In this document: positions 1-12,336 of the stretch, in pieces
Layout of the letters: each line of letters opens with the position of its first letter
How positions within the stretch are numbered: position 1 is the first letter of the stretch
Source: an uncultured delta proteobacterium
Lineage (GTDB): Bacteria > Myxococcota_A > Polyangia > Palsa-1104
DNA length: 64,000 nt
NCBI GenBank assembly: GCA_963785725.1
Contig: CAWAWS010000039.1
Coordinates: 480,001 to 544,000, forward strand
Reading direction: 5' to 3'
Program-made: the position numbers and the translations under genes
Notes under the pieces: model-generated
Databases searched by the model: none
Told to the model about the DNA's origin: nothing
The model's input: only the letters and a program-made list of their open reading frames with translations

Positions 1-2097
<2,097 letters not shown>

Positions 2098-2217
2098 ACG
2101 CGCATCGAAACACGCCTGACGTGGCGGTTCAATGTGTCGCCGTCACTCGCAAAGAGTGACAAATTCCTTATACTACCCATTAGCGCGAGCGTATCGCCGC
2201 GCCAGGAGGCCTCCAAA

Positions 2218-2577
2218 ATGGACGATGCCATCGTTTCCCGCACCAAGAATCCCGCAAAGGCCAAGAAAGCCGCGAAAGACCCGCGACGACCAGGCGAGCT
2301 ATGCAAAGCCGAGCCCGGTAAATGGCTGCCGCTCGTCGATCGCAATCGCTGCGAGGGCAAAGACGATTGCGTCGTCGTCTGCCCTTATGACGTGTTCGAG
2401 GTGCGCCGCATCGACGACGCCGATTACGCCAAGCTCGGCCTCTTCGGCAAGCTCAAGAGCCGCGCGCACGGCCGCAAAACCGCGTACACGCCGCACGCCG
2501 ATGCGTGTCACGCCTGCGGCTTATGCGTCGTCGCCTGCCCGGAAAAGGCGATCAAGCTCGTCCTCGCGTCGCCTTAG
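2218..2577 (+). CDS. 4Fe-4S dicluster ferredoxin
   Basis: CEGKDDCVVVCP and CHACGLCVVACP motifs; AGGAGG RBS at 2204-2209. Confidence 0.85.
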   Translation: MDDAIVSRTKNPAKAKKAAKDPRRPGELCKAEPGKWLPLVDRNRCEGKDDCVVVCPYDVFEVRRIDDADYAKLGLFGKLKSRAHGRKTAYTPHADACHACGLCVVACPEKAIKLVLASP

Positions 2578-2713
2578 CGTCGCCGTCACTCCGCACTAAA
2601 CCGTCAATCGATCGCGACCTCGCGACTGTCTCCAATTCGTGCGGCCGGCGTCGGCGCCGCTGAATACTTAACCCAACGGTTAACGATCGCGATCGCCGGA
2701 ATGGACGCGTTGA

Positions 2714-3421
2714 TCATTCGGCGCACATGGCGAGCAGCTTGATGACGGTGTTCCAATTGCGGCCGGTACTGACAGCTTTCAGCTTGCCGTCGAACCACGC
2801 GTTGGTCAGCTTCGAGCGACCGAGGCCGTTCGGGCAGCGAAGGTAAATGTCGCGCCCGCGCACGACGAACTCGTCGGGCGGCGAGCGCGCCGGATCGAGC
2901 GTCGCCACGTCGGTCGCCGACGGCTGCCGATCGAGGAACATGACGACGAGCCGTGCCGGATCGGCGTCCTTGGTGAAATACGGGTTCGAACGCGCGCACT
3001 CGGCCAGCTCGGCCTGACTGCGCAAGACGAGCGGCACCGCCGCGCCGAAGCGCGCGACGAGCGCGCGCTCGACGGCGGCGTGCAGCCCTTTGACGACGGT
3101 GGCGCTCGCGCGAAACACGACATTGCCGCTTTGAATGTACGTGCGCACGTCGCTGCAGCCGACACCGCTGAATAACGCGCTCAAGTCCTTCATCGGGATC
3201 ATGTTGTTGCCGCCGACGTTGATGCCGCGCATGAGCGCCACGTAGACGTCACCGCCTGCTTTCGCGCCGGTCGCGGTCGTGTCGAGCGCGGCAGGTTGTC
3301 GCCCCGCGGCCGCCGGCTTCGTTGTCGGCGCTTTGGTCGGGGCTTTCGCCGGCTTCTTTGCCGCGGCTTTCGCCTGTGGGCTTAGCGTCTTCGGCGTAGC
3401 GGGCTTCTTCGATGCGGCCAT
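2714..3421 (-). CDS. DUF1697 domain protein with Lys/Ala/Pro-rich N-terminus
   Basis: YVALMRGINVGG, VRTYIQSGNVVF and TGRNWNTV signatures. Confidence 0.88.
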   Translation of the reverse strand: MAASKKPATPKTLSPQAKAAAKKPAKAPTKAPTTKPAAAGRQPAALDTTATGAKAGGDVYVALMRGINVGGNNMIPMKDLSALFSGVGCSDVRTYIQSGNVVFRASATVVKGLHAAVERALVARFGAAVPLVLRSQAELAECARSNPYFTKDADPARLVVMFLDRQPSATDVATLDPARSPPDEFVVRGRDIYLRCPNGLGRSKLTNAWFDGKLKAVSTGRNWNTVIKLLAMCAE

Positions 3422-3536
3422 GGCGAAACTGGAGCACGTGCGGCCGCCGTCGAGCAAGCGTCCATTGAATGGGCCGGGTAGCTCGCTCCCCAACTGTCTC
3501 GTCGTCAATACGAAATCGGACCGACAGCGAACCATA

Positions 3537-3578
3537 AGTCGGCGTAGCCACTTACGCCGACTGTGGTCTTTCGTTTGC
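3537..3578 (+). promoter_or_regulatory. 10-bp perfect inverted repeat followed by a sigma54-like -24/-12 promoter of the GH76 gene
   Basis: AGTCGGCGTA-gccact-TACGCCGACT (3537-3562), then tGGtctttcgtttGCa (GG 3565, GC 3577). Confidence 0.5.
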
Positions 3579-3620
3579 ACCGCCCAATCAATGACCGCGC
3601 GCGCGGTCGGAGGTCACGAC

Positions 3621-5237
3621 ATGCAGCGGTGCGCGGCGCAGCTCGGACGACGATTCAGCTTCGGCTGCTGCGCACTCGCGCTCGTCGGCGCCATCGGCTG
3701 TTCGTCGTCGAACATTCGCACGCTCGACGGCGGCGCCGACGATCTGGCGCAGCCGGCGACTGTCTCCGATATGAGCCACTCGGCGGCGCCCGGCGATATG
3801 GCGCCACCCGCCGATATGACGCCCGATCCGAATATCGAGCTCATGCACGAGCGTGCCGATACGGCGATCGCGACACTGATGCTCAATTTCTGGCCGACGT
3901 TGGCCGCGAATACGACGGTGTTCGATTGGTCTTATGCGCACTATTGGGACGCGCTCGTCGACGCCGCCGAGCGCCGCGGCGACAACGCCTACAGCGGCAC
4001 GATCCTGATGTTCTATCAGCTGCAAAATCAGCGCGGCTGGACCGACGACTATTACGACGACGAAAACTGGATCACGCTGTCGTTATTGCATTCCTATTCG
4101 TTGACCAACGATCCGATGTATTTGAATCAAGCGAAATTCGTCTTCGCCGATATCATGATGGGCTGGGATACGACCTGCTGCGGCGCGCATCCGGGCGGCA
4201 TTTGGTGGCATAAACCGAACGACAGCAAGGTCACCGCCATCAACGCCGGCGCCGTCATTTCCGCGTCGGAGCTGTACAAATATACGCAGGACACGACCTA
4301 TCTCGACTTCGCGAAAAAGACGTATGCCTATTGGTCGACGTATATGGTCGATCAAACGACGGGTCATGTTTACGACGGCATTTCGACGGCTGGTGTCATC
4401 AATACGACGTGGACGTTTACCTATAACGAAGGCCTATTCATCGGCGCTGTCTTGGCGCTTCATTCGGTGACGCAAGACGATACGATTCTGCCGCTGGCGC
4501 ATAAAGTCGCCGGCTTCATGCTGGCGTCGGAGATGGAGACGGTCTCGTTCGGGACGATTCTCTCCGACGGCAAATGCAGCGGCGACGGTCAGATGTTCAA
4601 AGGCGTCGGCGCCCGCTATTTGGAGCAGCTGTATGCGCTCGATATGACGCATACCGAATATCGCGACTTCTTGTCGCGCTCGGGCACGGCGGCGTGGACG
4701 CTGGCGCGCGATCCGGCGTCGGGCGACATCTCCTGCGATTGGATGGGCCCGTTCGACGCGACGACCGGCGACGTCGGCTCGCTCGGCTCGGCGTCGGTCG
4801 GCCTGGCCGCGGCCGCCAAAGCGTTGGGCACGGCCGCGCAGCGACCGGCGCTGCAATACGAGGCCGAAGAGGGCAACTTGCATGGCGTCGGCTTGGAGGC
4901 CACGCACGGCGGCTTCTCCGGTTGGGGCTATTTGGCCGGCTGGGGCAGCGACGGGCAATCGGTCGATATCCTCGTCGACGCGCCCAAAGCCGGCGCTTAC
5001 ACGGCGACCCTGCGTTATGCCACCGGCGACGCCGCCAGTCGCGCCATCAGCGTCAACGGCGCGAGCGTCAATGCCAAGCTCGCGTTCCCGTCGACGGGAA
5101 ATTACGACACGTACGCGACCGTGACGCAGCCGCTGACACTGACGGCGGGGCGCAACACGATGACGGTCGCGTTCAGCGCGGCGGCCGGCAGCGGCGGATA
5201 TCTCAACCTCGATCGCATTCAGCTCACGGCGAACTAA
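3621..5237 (+). CDS. GH76 alpha-1,6-mannanase-like lipoprotein with C-terminal CBM35/CBM6-like module
   Basis: Lipobox AIGC; YYDDENW catalytic motif; GGIWW, WTFTYNEG, FKG; C-terminal YEAE...NLDRI; GGAGG RBS. Confidence 0.88.
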   Translation: MQRCAAQLGRRFSFGCCALALVGAIGCSSSNIRTLDGGADDLAQPATVSDMSHSAAPGDMAPPADMTPDPNIELMHERADTAIATLMLNFWPTLAANTTVFDWSYAHYWDALVDAAERRGDNAYSGTILMFYQLQNQRGWTDDYYDDENWITLSLLHSYSLTNDPMYLNQAKFVFADIMMGWDTTCCGAHPGGIWWHKPNDSKVTAINAGAVISASELYKYTQDTTYLDFAKKTYAYWSTYMVDQTTGHVYDGISTAGVINTTWTFTYNEGLFIGAVLALHSVTQDDTILPLAHKVAGFMLASEMETVSFGTILSDGKCSGDGQMFKGVGARYLEQLYALDMTHTEYRDFLSRSGTAAWTLARDPASGDISCDWMGPFDATTGDVGSLGSASVGLAAAAKALGTAAQRPALQYEAEEGNLHGVGLEATHGGFSGWGYLAGWGSDGQSVDILVDAPKAGAYTATLRYATGDAASRAISVNGASVNAKLAFPSTGNYDTYATVTQPLTLTAGRNTMTVAFSAAAGSGGYLNLDRIQLTAN

Positions 5238-5260
5238 TCGACTCGAAAGGAAGCGATCCA

Positions 5261-8119
5261 ATGCGCGGCCCCTCTCTGCTTCTACTTATGCTCTGCGTTC
5301 CCGTGTTCGCAGTGGGATGTGCCAATTCCTCGCCGGGCAATTCCGGCGGCGGCGGCGGCGCGGCCGGAGGGTCGGCCGGCGGCACCGCGGGCGGCGGCAC
5401 GGCCGGCGGTGGCACGGCCGGCGGCGGCGGCGGCGCGCCGGTCCAAGACTTCGGCCCGCCGATGTACGGCACCGGCGGCACGTGGTCGTTCGACGAGGCC
5501 TCCGGCAAGACCGCGAGCGGCGCCGTGCTCGAAGGCGCGCCCGCGTGGACCGTCGGCAAAGTCAACGCCGCGCTGCACTTCGGCGGCAAGTCCGACGACG
5601 TCGCCACCGCCAATCCCGCGCTCGACAACAGCCAAAGCTTCTCCGTCGCCGCCTGGGTGCGGCTCGATCGCACCGACGTGCCGATGGCCATCTTGAGCCT
5701 CGATGGCCGCACGACCAGCGCCGTCACGCTCGGCTTCTGGCCCACGTCGTCGACGGGCGCGGGCGGCCTCGGCATCGCGTTCCCCGCCAGCGACAGCGAC
5801 AGCGCGCAGGTCACGCGCGTCGTCTCGTCGTTCATCCCCGTCGCCGACGTTTGGTATCACCTGGCCGCCGTCTACGACGCCAGCGCGCACAGCGTGCAGC
5901 TCTACGTCGACGGCAGCGCCAACGCGCAGGCGACCGTAGCCGCGTCGTTCTCGGGCGAAGCGGCGACGCACATCGGCCGCGGCCTCGCCGGCGGCGCCGG
6001 CGTCGACTACTTCGCCGGCGTCATCGACGAGGTGCGCTTGTCGCCGGGCACGCTCGCCGCCGGCGACGTCAGCACGCTCTTCGCCGCCGCCGCCGCCACC
6101 ACGCCCGTCCGTCCGCCGGCGGTGCCGCTGATCGTGCGCGGGCCGTATGTCAGCACGTGGATGGCCGCCGACAACACCGCCGGCAATTGGCCGACGTTCT
6201 GGACCGGCGCCGTCAAAGCCATCACCGGCATCGTCCGCGTCGACGGCAAAGCTTACTTGCTCATCGGCGCGCCCACCGGCATCACCAGCAACGCCACGCA
6301 GGTGAGCCTGGAAATTACGGCCACGCAGTCGCGTTACGTTTACGCCGCCGGCGGCATGCACGTCTATGTCGACTTCGTCTCGCCCGTCGAAGCCACCGAT
6401 TCCAAGAAGCTGTCGATGCCCTTCGGCTTCATCAACGTCCAGGCCGTCTCCGTCGACGGCAACGCGCACGACACCAGCTTTTACTTCGACATCTCCGGCG
6501 AATGGGCGCACGGCGACTCGACGCAGAACATCGGCTGGACGCGCAACGACGTCGCGGCGACGCCGAGCACGGTCAGCGCCTTCGCCGTCACGCCCTCGTC
6601 GCCGACGCAGTTCGGCGAGTCCAACGACTACGCGTCGTGGGGCACCGCCGTGTTCGCCACTGCCACGACGGGGATTAAATATCAGTCGGGCGCCGACACG
6701 ACGGTGCGGCCGCTCTTCATCGGCGGCGGCTCGCTCGCCAATACGATCGACACCGTGCAGCCGCGCCCGATCAACCAGAATTGGCCTGTTTTCGCCTACG
6801 AATCCGATCTCGGCATGGTCAACGGCACGCCGTCGGCGTCGCGCACATTCGTGCTCGGCAACGTGCGTCAGCCGGCCGGCAACTATCAAAGCGCGCCGCT
6901 GCCGCCCTTGTGGCAGGCCTATTGGCCGACGTGGCAGGCGATGCTCACCGACGCCTACGCCGACGCCGTCGGCGGCACGCTGGTGCAGCGCGCCGATGCG
7001 CTCGACGACAAAGTGTCCGAGGACGCCGTCGCCGCCGGCGGCTGGCACTACGCCGGCCTGTGCGCGCTGGCGTTGCGGCAAGCATTCGGCGGCGTCGAGC
7101 TCGTCAACACCGGCGCCGATCCGTGGATGTACCTAAAGGAAATCTCCAGCGACGGCAATCTCTCGACCGTCGACGTCATCTATCCGGCGATGCCCGCTTA
7201 CCTCTATGCGAACCCGTTATTGCTTCGTTATCTGCTCGAGCCGCTCTTGATTTACGGCGAGAACACGACGCTCTGGCAACAGCCGTTCGCCGAGCACGAC
7301 TTGGGCGCGCATTATCCCATCGGCGACGGTCACAACGCCGGCACCGACTCGTCGCAGCCGCTCGGCGGCGGCGAGAATATGCCGGTCGAAGAGTCGGCCA
7401 ATATGCTGATCATGACCGGCGCCTATTTGAAGTACGCCAATAGCCCGGACGCCACGATGTTCGTGAACAGCCATTATACGATATTGAAGAAATGGGCCGA
7501 CTATCTGGTGGCGAATGCGCTCGATCCGGGGTCGCAGAATCAGACCGACGATTTCACCGGCTTCATCGCGCACAGCTCGAACTTGGCGCTAAAGGGAATC
7601 CTCGGCTTGGGCGCGATGGCGCAGATCTCGACCGCGGTCGGTCAGACGACGGACGCGAACAACTATAAGACGACGTCGCAAAGCTACATTACGCAGTGGA
7701 GCCAAAAGTCGCAGGACTCGACGATGACGCACTTGAAGCTCGCGTATGACGGCGACGACACGACCTGGAGCCTCAAATACAACTCCTATCCCGATCGTCT
7801 GCTCGGCCTCGGATTGATTCCTGCCGCGACACTGGCGGAAGAGACGACGTGGTATGCGCAGCAAAAAGCGGCCTATGGCTATCCGCTCGATAGCCGTCAC
7901 ACCTACACCAAGGCCGATTGGGAGATGTGGATGGCGGCCGGCGTCGGCGACCCCGCGCTGCGTCAAAACGTGGTCGACGCGCTCTACCATTTCGCCAACG
8001 CCACGCCCTCGCGCGTGCCCTTCACCGACTGGTATGACACCGTCGCTGGTACGCAGAACGGCTTCCAAGCGCGACCGGTCATCGGCGGCCTCTTCTCGCT
8101 CATGACCTTGGGGAATTAG
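5261..8119 (+). CDS. Lipoprotein: LamG-like jellyroll + GtaA 'glutaminase A'-like (DUF5127/DUF4965/DUF1793) six-hairpin domain
   Basis: AVGC lipobox, Gly linker, LamG (WYHLAAVYD, GVIDEVR), RPPAVPLIVRGPY, KEISSDGNLSTVDVIYP, MPVEESANM, QTDDF, YTKADW, ARPVIGG. Confidence 0.85.
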   Translation: MRGPSLLLLMLCVPVFAVGCANSSPGNSGGGGGAAGGSAGGTAGGGTAGGGTAGGGGGAPVQDFGPPMYGTGGTWSFDEASGKTASGAVLEGAPAWTVGKVNAALHFGGKSDDVATANPALDNSQSFSVAAWVRLDRTDVPMAILSLDGRTTSAVTLGFWPTSSTGAGGLGIAFPASDSDSAQVTRVVSSFIPVADVWYHLAAVYDASAHSVQLYVDGSANAQATVAASFSGEAATHIGRGLAGGAGVDYFAGVIDEVRLSPGTLAAGDVSTLFAAAAATTPVRPPAVPLIVRGPYVSTWMAADNTAGNWPTFWTGAVKAITGIVRVDGKAYLLIGAPTGITSNATQVSLEITATQSRYVYAAGGMHVYVDFVSPVEATDSKKLSMPFGFINVQAVSVDGNAHDTSFYFDISGEWAHGDSTQNIGWTRNDVAATPSTVSAFAVTPSSPTQFGESNDYASWGTAVFATATTGIKYQSGADTTVRPLFIGGGSLANTIDTVQPRPINQNWPVFAYESDLGMVNGTPSASRTFVLGNVRQPAGNYQSAPLPPLWQAYWPTWQAMLTDAYADAVGGTLVQRADALDDKVSEDAVAAGGWHYAGLCALALRQAFGGVELVNTGADPWMYLKEISSDGNLSTVDVIYPAMPAYLYANPLLLRYLLEPLLIYGENTTLWQQPFAEHDLGAHYPIGDGHNAGTDSSQPLGGGENMPVEESANMLIMTGAYLKYANSPDATMFVNSHYTILKKWADYLVANALDPGSQNQTDDFTGFIAHSSNLALKGILGLGAMAQISTAVGQTTDANNYKTTSQSYITQWSQKSQDSTMTHLKLAYDGDDTTWSLKYNSYPDRLLGLGLIPAATLAEETTWYAQQKAAYGYPLDSRHTYTKADWEMWMAAGVGDPALRQNVVDALYHFANATPSRVPFTDWYDTVAGTQNGFQARPVIGGLFSLMTLGN

Positions 8120-8161
8120 CCGACTTTGACGCACATCGACGAGCTGCTTTGACGACGACGA

Positions 8162-8208
8162 ATCAAACTTAGTTTGATAGTCAGTTGGCATACGGTTTCT
8201 GTACCGTA
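8162..8208. promoter_or_regulatory. Two palindromes (candidate operators) upstream of the GH27/36 gene
   Basis: ATCAAACT-T-AGTTTGAT (8162-8178) and TACGGT-N6-ACCGTA (8191-8208); AT-rich in a high-GC background. Confidence 0.55.
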
Positions 8209-8213
8209 CGCAA

Positions 8214-10433
8214 ATGGCTCGCTGTACCGGGTCCGTTTCCCCGCTCGCTACAATCTCCTTATCGCTCATTCTCTCGGCGTGCGCGCCCAGCGTCGCGCCG
8301 GTTAGCCCGGGTGGCGGCAACGGCGGGCAAGCCGGCGGCGGTGGCTCGGCCGGCGGTGGCATCGGCATGGCCGGCGGCGGCGGATCCGCGGGCGCCGGCG
8401 GCGCCGACTTGGCCGTCGGCGGCAGCGTCGATATGGCCAGCGACGGCGGCGCCGGCAATGGCGGCAGCCCCGACCTGGCCGGCGCCGCCGATATGGCGCT
8501 GCCGAGCACGCCGACGACGGGCATCATCTCCGTCAGCAACGGCGACGTGCGGCTCGACTACAACGCCGACATCGGCACCGCGTCCTTCTATTACGACAAC
8601 GTCCCCAAAATAACCGACTTCTATGCCGGCGTGCAGCTCACGACCTATGTCACCAGCAAGCAATATACGACGCGCTATGTGCAAACGAGCGGCACGACGA
8701 CGACGGTGACCAGCGTCGGCGCCGGATTGCCGAACATGCAGCAGCTCTTCGTGCTCGACGGCGGCAATCACTTCCTGACGCGCGTCATCATGCAAGGCTC
8801 GCAATTGAGCACCAATTGGATCGCGCCCGTCGTCATGGATACCGCCGGCGGCGTCGACGTCGGCAGCTATACCGATTCGCGACTGTTATGGGTGCCGTGG
8901 GATAACGACGCCTGGGTCACCTATAACGCCGGCTCGATGAATAGCAGCGGCACGTCATTCAATGCCGCCGCCTTTTACGACAACACCAGCCGCAACGGAA
9001 TCGTCGTCGGCGCCATCACGCACGATACGTGGAAGACCGGCGTCTATTACAGCGGCTCCAACAACAAGCTCGACGCGCTCAACGTCTTCGGCGGCGCCAC
9101 CGATTCGACTTATACGCACGACGTGTTGCCGCACGGCAAAGTGACCGGCGACTCGCTCTATTCGCCGTTCGTCTTCGTCGGTTACGACGCCGATTGGCGC
9201 GATCTGTTGGAAGAATATGCCGACACCAACACGACCATCGACTCCAAGTTGGCGTGGAGCGGCGGCGTTCCTTTTGGCTGGAATAGCTGGGGCAAGATTC
9301 AGACGAATATCAGCTACGACAAAGCGGTCGCCGTCTCCGATTATATCGCCGGCAATTTGCAGCCGAATAACTTCGTCAACAACGGCACCGTTTACGTCAA
9401 CCTCGATTCTTATTGGGACAACTTGAGCGACGCGCAATTGACGGCGTTCGTCGCGCACTGCAAAGCGAACAATCAAAAGGCCGGCATTTATTGGGCGCCC
9501 TTCGTCGATTGGGGCTTGTCGGCGACGCGAGCCGTGGAAGGCTCGGCCAGCGACACCTACGGGCAGATCTGGCTGCGCGACGGCAGCGGCAATCCCATCG
9601 AGGTCGACGGCGCTTATGCCGTCGATCCGACGCACGAAGGCACGAAGACGCGCATCAATTACTTCATCGACAAGTTCAAGAGCCAAGGCTTCGAGTACAT
9701 CAAGCTGGACTTCTTGTCGCATGGCGCGCTCGAGAGCAGCGTGCGCGCCGATCCGACGGTCCAGACCGGCATTCAGGCCTATAACCAAGGCATGCAGTAC
9801 ATCGTCAATCGCATCGCCGGGACGATGTTCATCAGCGAATCGATCTCGCCGTTATTTCCGTTCAAGTATGCGCACGCGCGCCGGCTCGCCTGCGATACGT
9901 ATGGCGCCGATACCGGCTCGATGAGCACGCAATACGAGCTCAATTCGCTCAATTACGGCTGGTGGATGAATGACAAGCTGTATACCTACAACGATCCCGA
10001 TGAAATGCTGTTCGAAGGGTTCAGCGCCGGCGCAAATATGAGCCGCCTCGTCTCGGGCGCGATATCGGGGACGATATTCTTGAACGGCGACGATCTCACG
10101 GAGACGACCGGTCAAGGGCTGGCCAAGGCGAACCTGACCAATTCGGAATTCAATTGGATCGCGAGCTTGGGGAATACGTTTCGGCCGGTCGAAGGCAATA
10201 CCGGAACGAGCGCGACCGACGTCTATATGATGACGATTCCCGGCAGCACGTTCCTCGCCATCTTCAACTTCGGCACCAGCAGCGAGACCAAGAGCATCGA
10301 CCTGGCGCGTATCGGCCTCGTCGACGGCACGTGGTATTGGGTCGAGGATATGTGGGCGGGAACGACGAGCTATTTGAATGCGCTCAATATCGAGGTCGAC
10401 GCCAATTCGGCCAAGCTGCTGCACGTTTATTAG
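8214..10433 (+). CDS. Clan GH-D (GH27/GH36-like) alpha-galactosidase-like lipoprotein
   Basis: LSAC lipobox; PFGWNSW, VNLDSYW, YIKLDF (nucleophile), RRLACD; C-terminal beta-sandwich. Confidence 0.8.
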   Translation: MARCTGSVSPLATISLSLILSACAPSVAPVSPGGGNGGQAGGGGSAGGGIGMAGGGGSAGAGGADLAVGGSVDMASDGGAGNGGSPDLAGAADMALPSTPTTGIISVSNGDVRLDYNADIGTASFYYDNVPKITDFYAGVQLTTYVTSKQYTTRYVQTSGTTTTVTSVGAGLPNMQQLFVLDGGNHFLTRVIMQGSQLSTNWIAPVVMDTAGGVDVGSYTDSRLLWVPWDNDAWVTYNAGSMNSSGTSFNAAAFYDNTSRNGIVVGAITHDTWKTGVYYSGSNNKLDALNVFGGATDSTYTHDVLPHGKVTGDSLYSPFVFVGYDADWRDLLEEYADTNTTIDSKLAWSGGVPFGWNSWGKIQTNISYDKAVAVSDYIAGNLQPNNFVNNGTVYVNLDSYWDNLSDAQLTAFVAHCKANNQKAGIYWAPFVDWGLSATRAVEGSASDTYGQIWLRDGSGNPIEVDGAYAVDPTHEGTKTRINYFIDKFKSQGFEYIKLDFLSHGALESSVRADPTVQTGIQAYNQGMQYIVNRIAGTMFISESISPLFPFKYAHARRLACDTYGADTGSMSTQYELNSLNYGWWMNDKLYTYNDPDEMLFEGFSAGANMSRLVSGAISGTIFLNGDDLTETTGQGLAKANLTNSEFNWIASLGNTFRPVEGNTGTSATDVYMMTIPGSTFLAIFNFGTSSETKSIDLARIGLVDGTWYWVEDMWAGTTSYLNALNIEVDANSAKLLHVY

Positions 10434-10633
10434 CTACGAATATCGAGCCGATATTCATGCGCTAGACGCTCCGGTCGCGAAATGCGCAAATCGCGACATG
10501 CGGAGCGTCGGCGATAGAGCGGCGAGGCGCGCGCATTCGGGTGCGACTGTCGCACGCTTACGGCCATACGCCGTTGCGCCTCTATTTCGCGACCACGGCC
10601 GATGTCGCGACCGAACACTTCGACGAGTCGATA

Positions 10634-12109
10634 TCAGCGGCCGAGCGCGGTCGCGATCGTCGAAGCCCACTGCCACGGCGCCGTTTGATTGCCCGGTAAT
10701 GAATTGAAGTATTCCCAGCTGGCGATGCCGCCCAGCTCTTGATGCTCGGTCAATAAGCTCGTAATCGTCGCTTGCTGGCCGGCAACGCTGACGAACCCCG
10801 AGCCGCCGTTGGCGGAGTTGCTGAGCACGCCGGCGACGAGTTTCTCCGCGGGAATCAGCGCGCGCGCGACGATGGTGTCGTAATCGGCGCCGGTCGCGAA
10901 TGAGCCCCAACCATTATAGAACTGCACGTTGAACCAGGAAATGTTCGAGCCCGTGTCGCGATAGAGCTGCTCGTAATCGAACCCCGATAGATTGCCGGCG
11001 GCGTGCAGCGCGGCCGCGACCGGCGCCAACGTAATGACGAAACCAGCGCCATAATCGCTGCGCAGCTGTTGAATGACCTTTTCGATACCCGCCAATGACA
11101 TCGTCTCTTCGACATCCAGATCGACGCCGTCCAAATGATACGTATCGATGATGCCTTTGAGCAGCGGATAGTAACCGGCGAAGTTGCTGTCGAGGCCGGC
11201 GAAGCTGCCTTTGGCCGCGCCGCCGATCATCGCCTCGACGCGCACACCCTGCGTCTGCATCGTCGCCAGCTCTTTCCACATTTGCGTGAACATCGGGTCG
11301 CTCGGCGGATTGTTGTTCAAATGCACCGTCAGATCCGACTGCAAATGAAAGGCGCCGACCGCGATATCGCTGACGCGCGTGGCGTTCGTCGTCAACGGCA
11401 ACGGGGATACATACGTGCTGCCGCTATATTGCGTTTGGTAATAGACGACGACGCGGCCATTGCCGACGCCGTGCGCCGGCACCGTCCAAGTCTGATTGGC
11501 GGCGGCGCTGCAGTCGTACAGCTGCATGCGCGTCCCGGCGGCGGTGCTGGCGCCGGTGGCGTCGAGGCATTTGTTGGCGTGCGGATTGATGATTTCGTGG
11601 CTCGTCGTCTCGATCCATTCCTGCGCGTCGGTGCCGTTGCAGGCCCACACTTGCACGAGCGTGCCGTCGGTCGTGCCCGAGGACGAGACGTCGAGGCAGT
11701 AGCCGAGCGCGCGGATGGTGCCGTCGGGCTCGAAGGTCCAGCGTTGATTAGCGGCGCCGCTGCATGTGCCGAGCTGCACGGCGGTGCCGAGGCCGATGTC
11801 GGCGCTGGCGTCGACTTCGACGCAGACGCCGGCCGGGTCGACGATCTCGCCGGCGTGGTCGATGGCCAAGTCGACCGGTTGCGCGAGGTCGGGCATGCTC
11901 GCGCCGCCGCCGCCGCCGGCTTGGCCGCCGCCGGCTTGGCCGCTACCACCGGCGCTGCCGCCGCCGCCGGCTTGGCCGCTCAGGTCGCTTCCCATGCCGG
12001 CGTCGTGCGGCGACAAGTCGTACTTGGGGCCCGAGCAGCCGATGACGAGCGTCAACGGCAGCGCCAACGCCGCCGACCACGAGACCAGCAGCAGACGAGG
12101 GAGTGTCAC
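10634..12109 (-). CDS. Lipoprotein: ricin-B lectin + GH18 chitinase-like domain
   Basis: VIGC lipobox; QxW repeats (NQRW, AQEW, NQTW); DGVDLDVEE (DxDxE); NVQFYNGW. GTG start supported by the sigma54 motif just upstream. Confidence 0.85.
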   Translation of the reverse strand: MTLPRLLLVSWSAALALPLTLVIGCSGPKYDLSPHDAGMGSDLSGQAGGGGSAGGSGQAGGGQAGGGGGASMPDLAQPVDLAIDHAGEIVDPAGVCVEVDASADIGLGTAVQLGTCSGAANQRWTFEPDGTIRALGYCLDVSSSGTTDGTLVQVWACNGTDAQEWIETTSHEIINPHANKCLDATGASTAAGTRMQLYDCSAAANQTWTVPAHGVGNGRVVVYYQTQYSGSTYVSPLPLTTNATRVSDIAVGAFHLQSDLTVHLNNNPPSDPMFTQMWKELATMQTQGVRVEAMIGGAAKGSFAGLDSNFAGYYPLLKGIIDTYHLDGVDLDVEETMSLAGIEKVIQQLRSDYGAGFVITLAPVAAALHAAGNLSGFDYEQLYRDTGSNISWFNVQFYNGWGSFATGADYDTIVARALIPAEKLVAGVLSNSANGGSGFVSVAGQQATITSLLTEHQELGGIASWEYFNSLPGNQTAPWQWASTIATALGR

Positions 12110-12121
12110 GCCGTCGCTCAC

Positions 12122-12138
12122 TGCACGGCGCCTGCCAA
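12122..12138 (-). promoter_or_regulatory. sigma54-like promoter of the ricin-GH18 gene
   Basis: TTGGCAggcgccGTGCA on the minus strand (GG-N10-GC), about 13 nt upstream of GTG 12109. Confidence 0.6.
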
Positions 12139-12336
12139 GCGCGCACGTCGATGGGCGCGCGCCGTTCCCGTCGCTGCGGCCGCCGATCCGAGGTCGGGGT
12201 GCGTGAGTGCCTGAGGCGCGCCGCCCCGGGCGACGTGGCGTGGCGCCCCGCCGGCACCGGCTATTACCGCGAATTCCGCTGTCTCGCGCGCGATCCAGCG
12301 ACGGCAGGTGCGCCACGTCGACGACGCGCCGCGCGA

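Noticed and set aside
5340..5440. GGC-rich tandem repeats here and at ~8310-8410, 11900-11970, 28455-28560, 49630-49710
   Set aside because: In-frame Gly-rich linkers of lipoproteins; not CRISPR or non-coding repeats.
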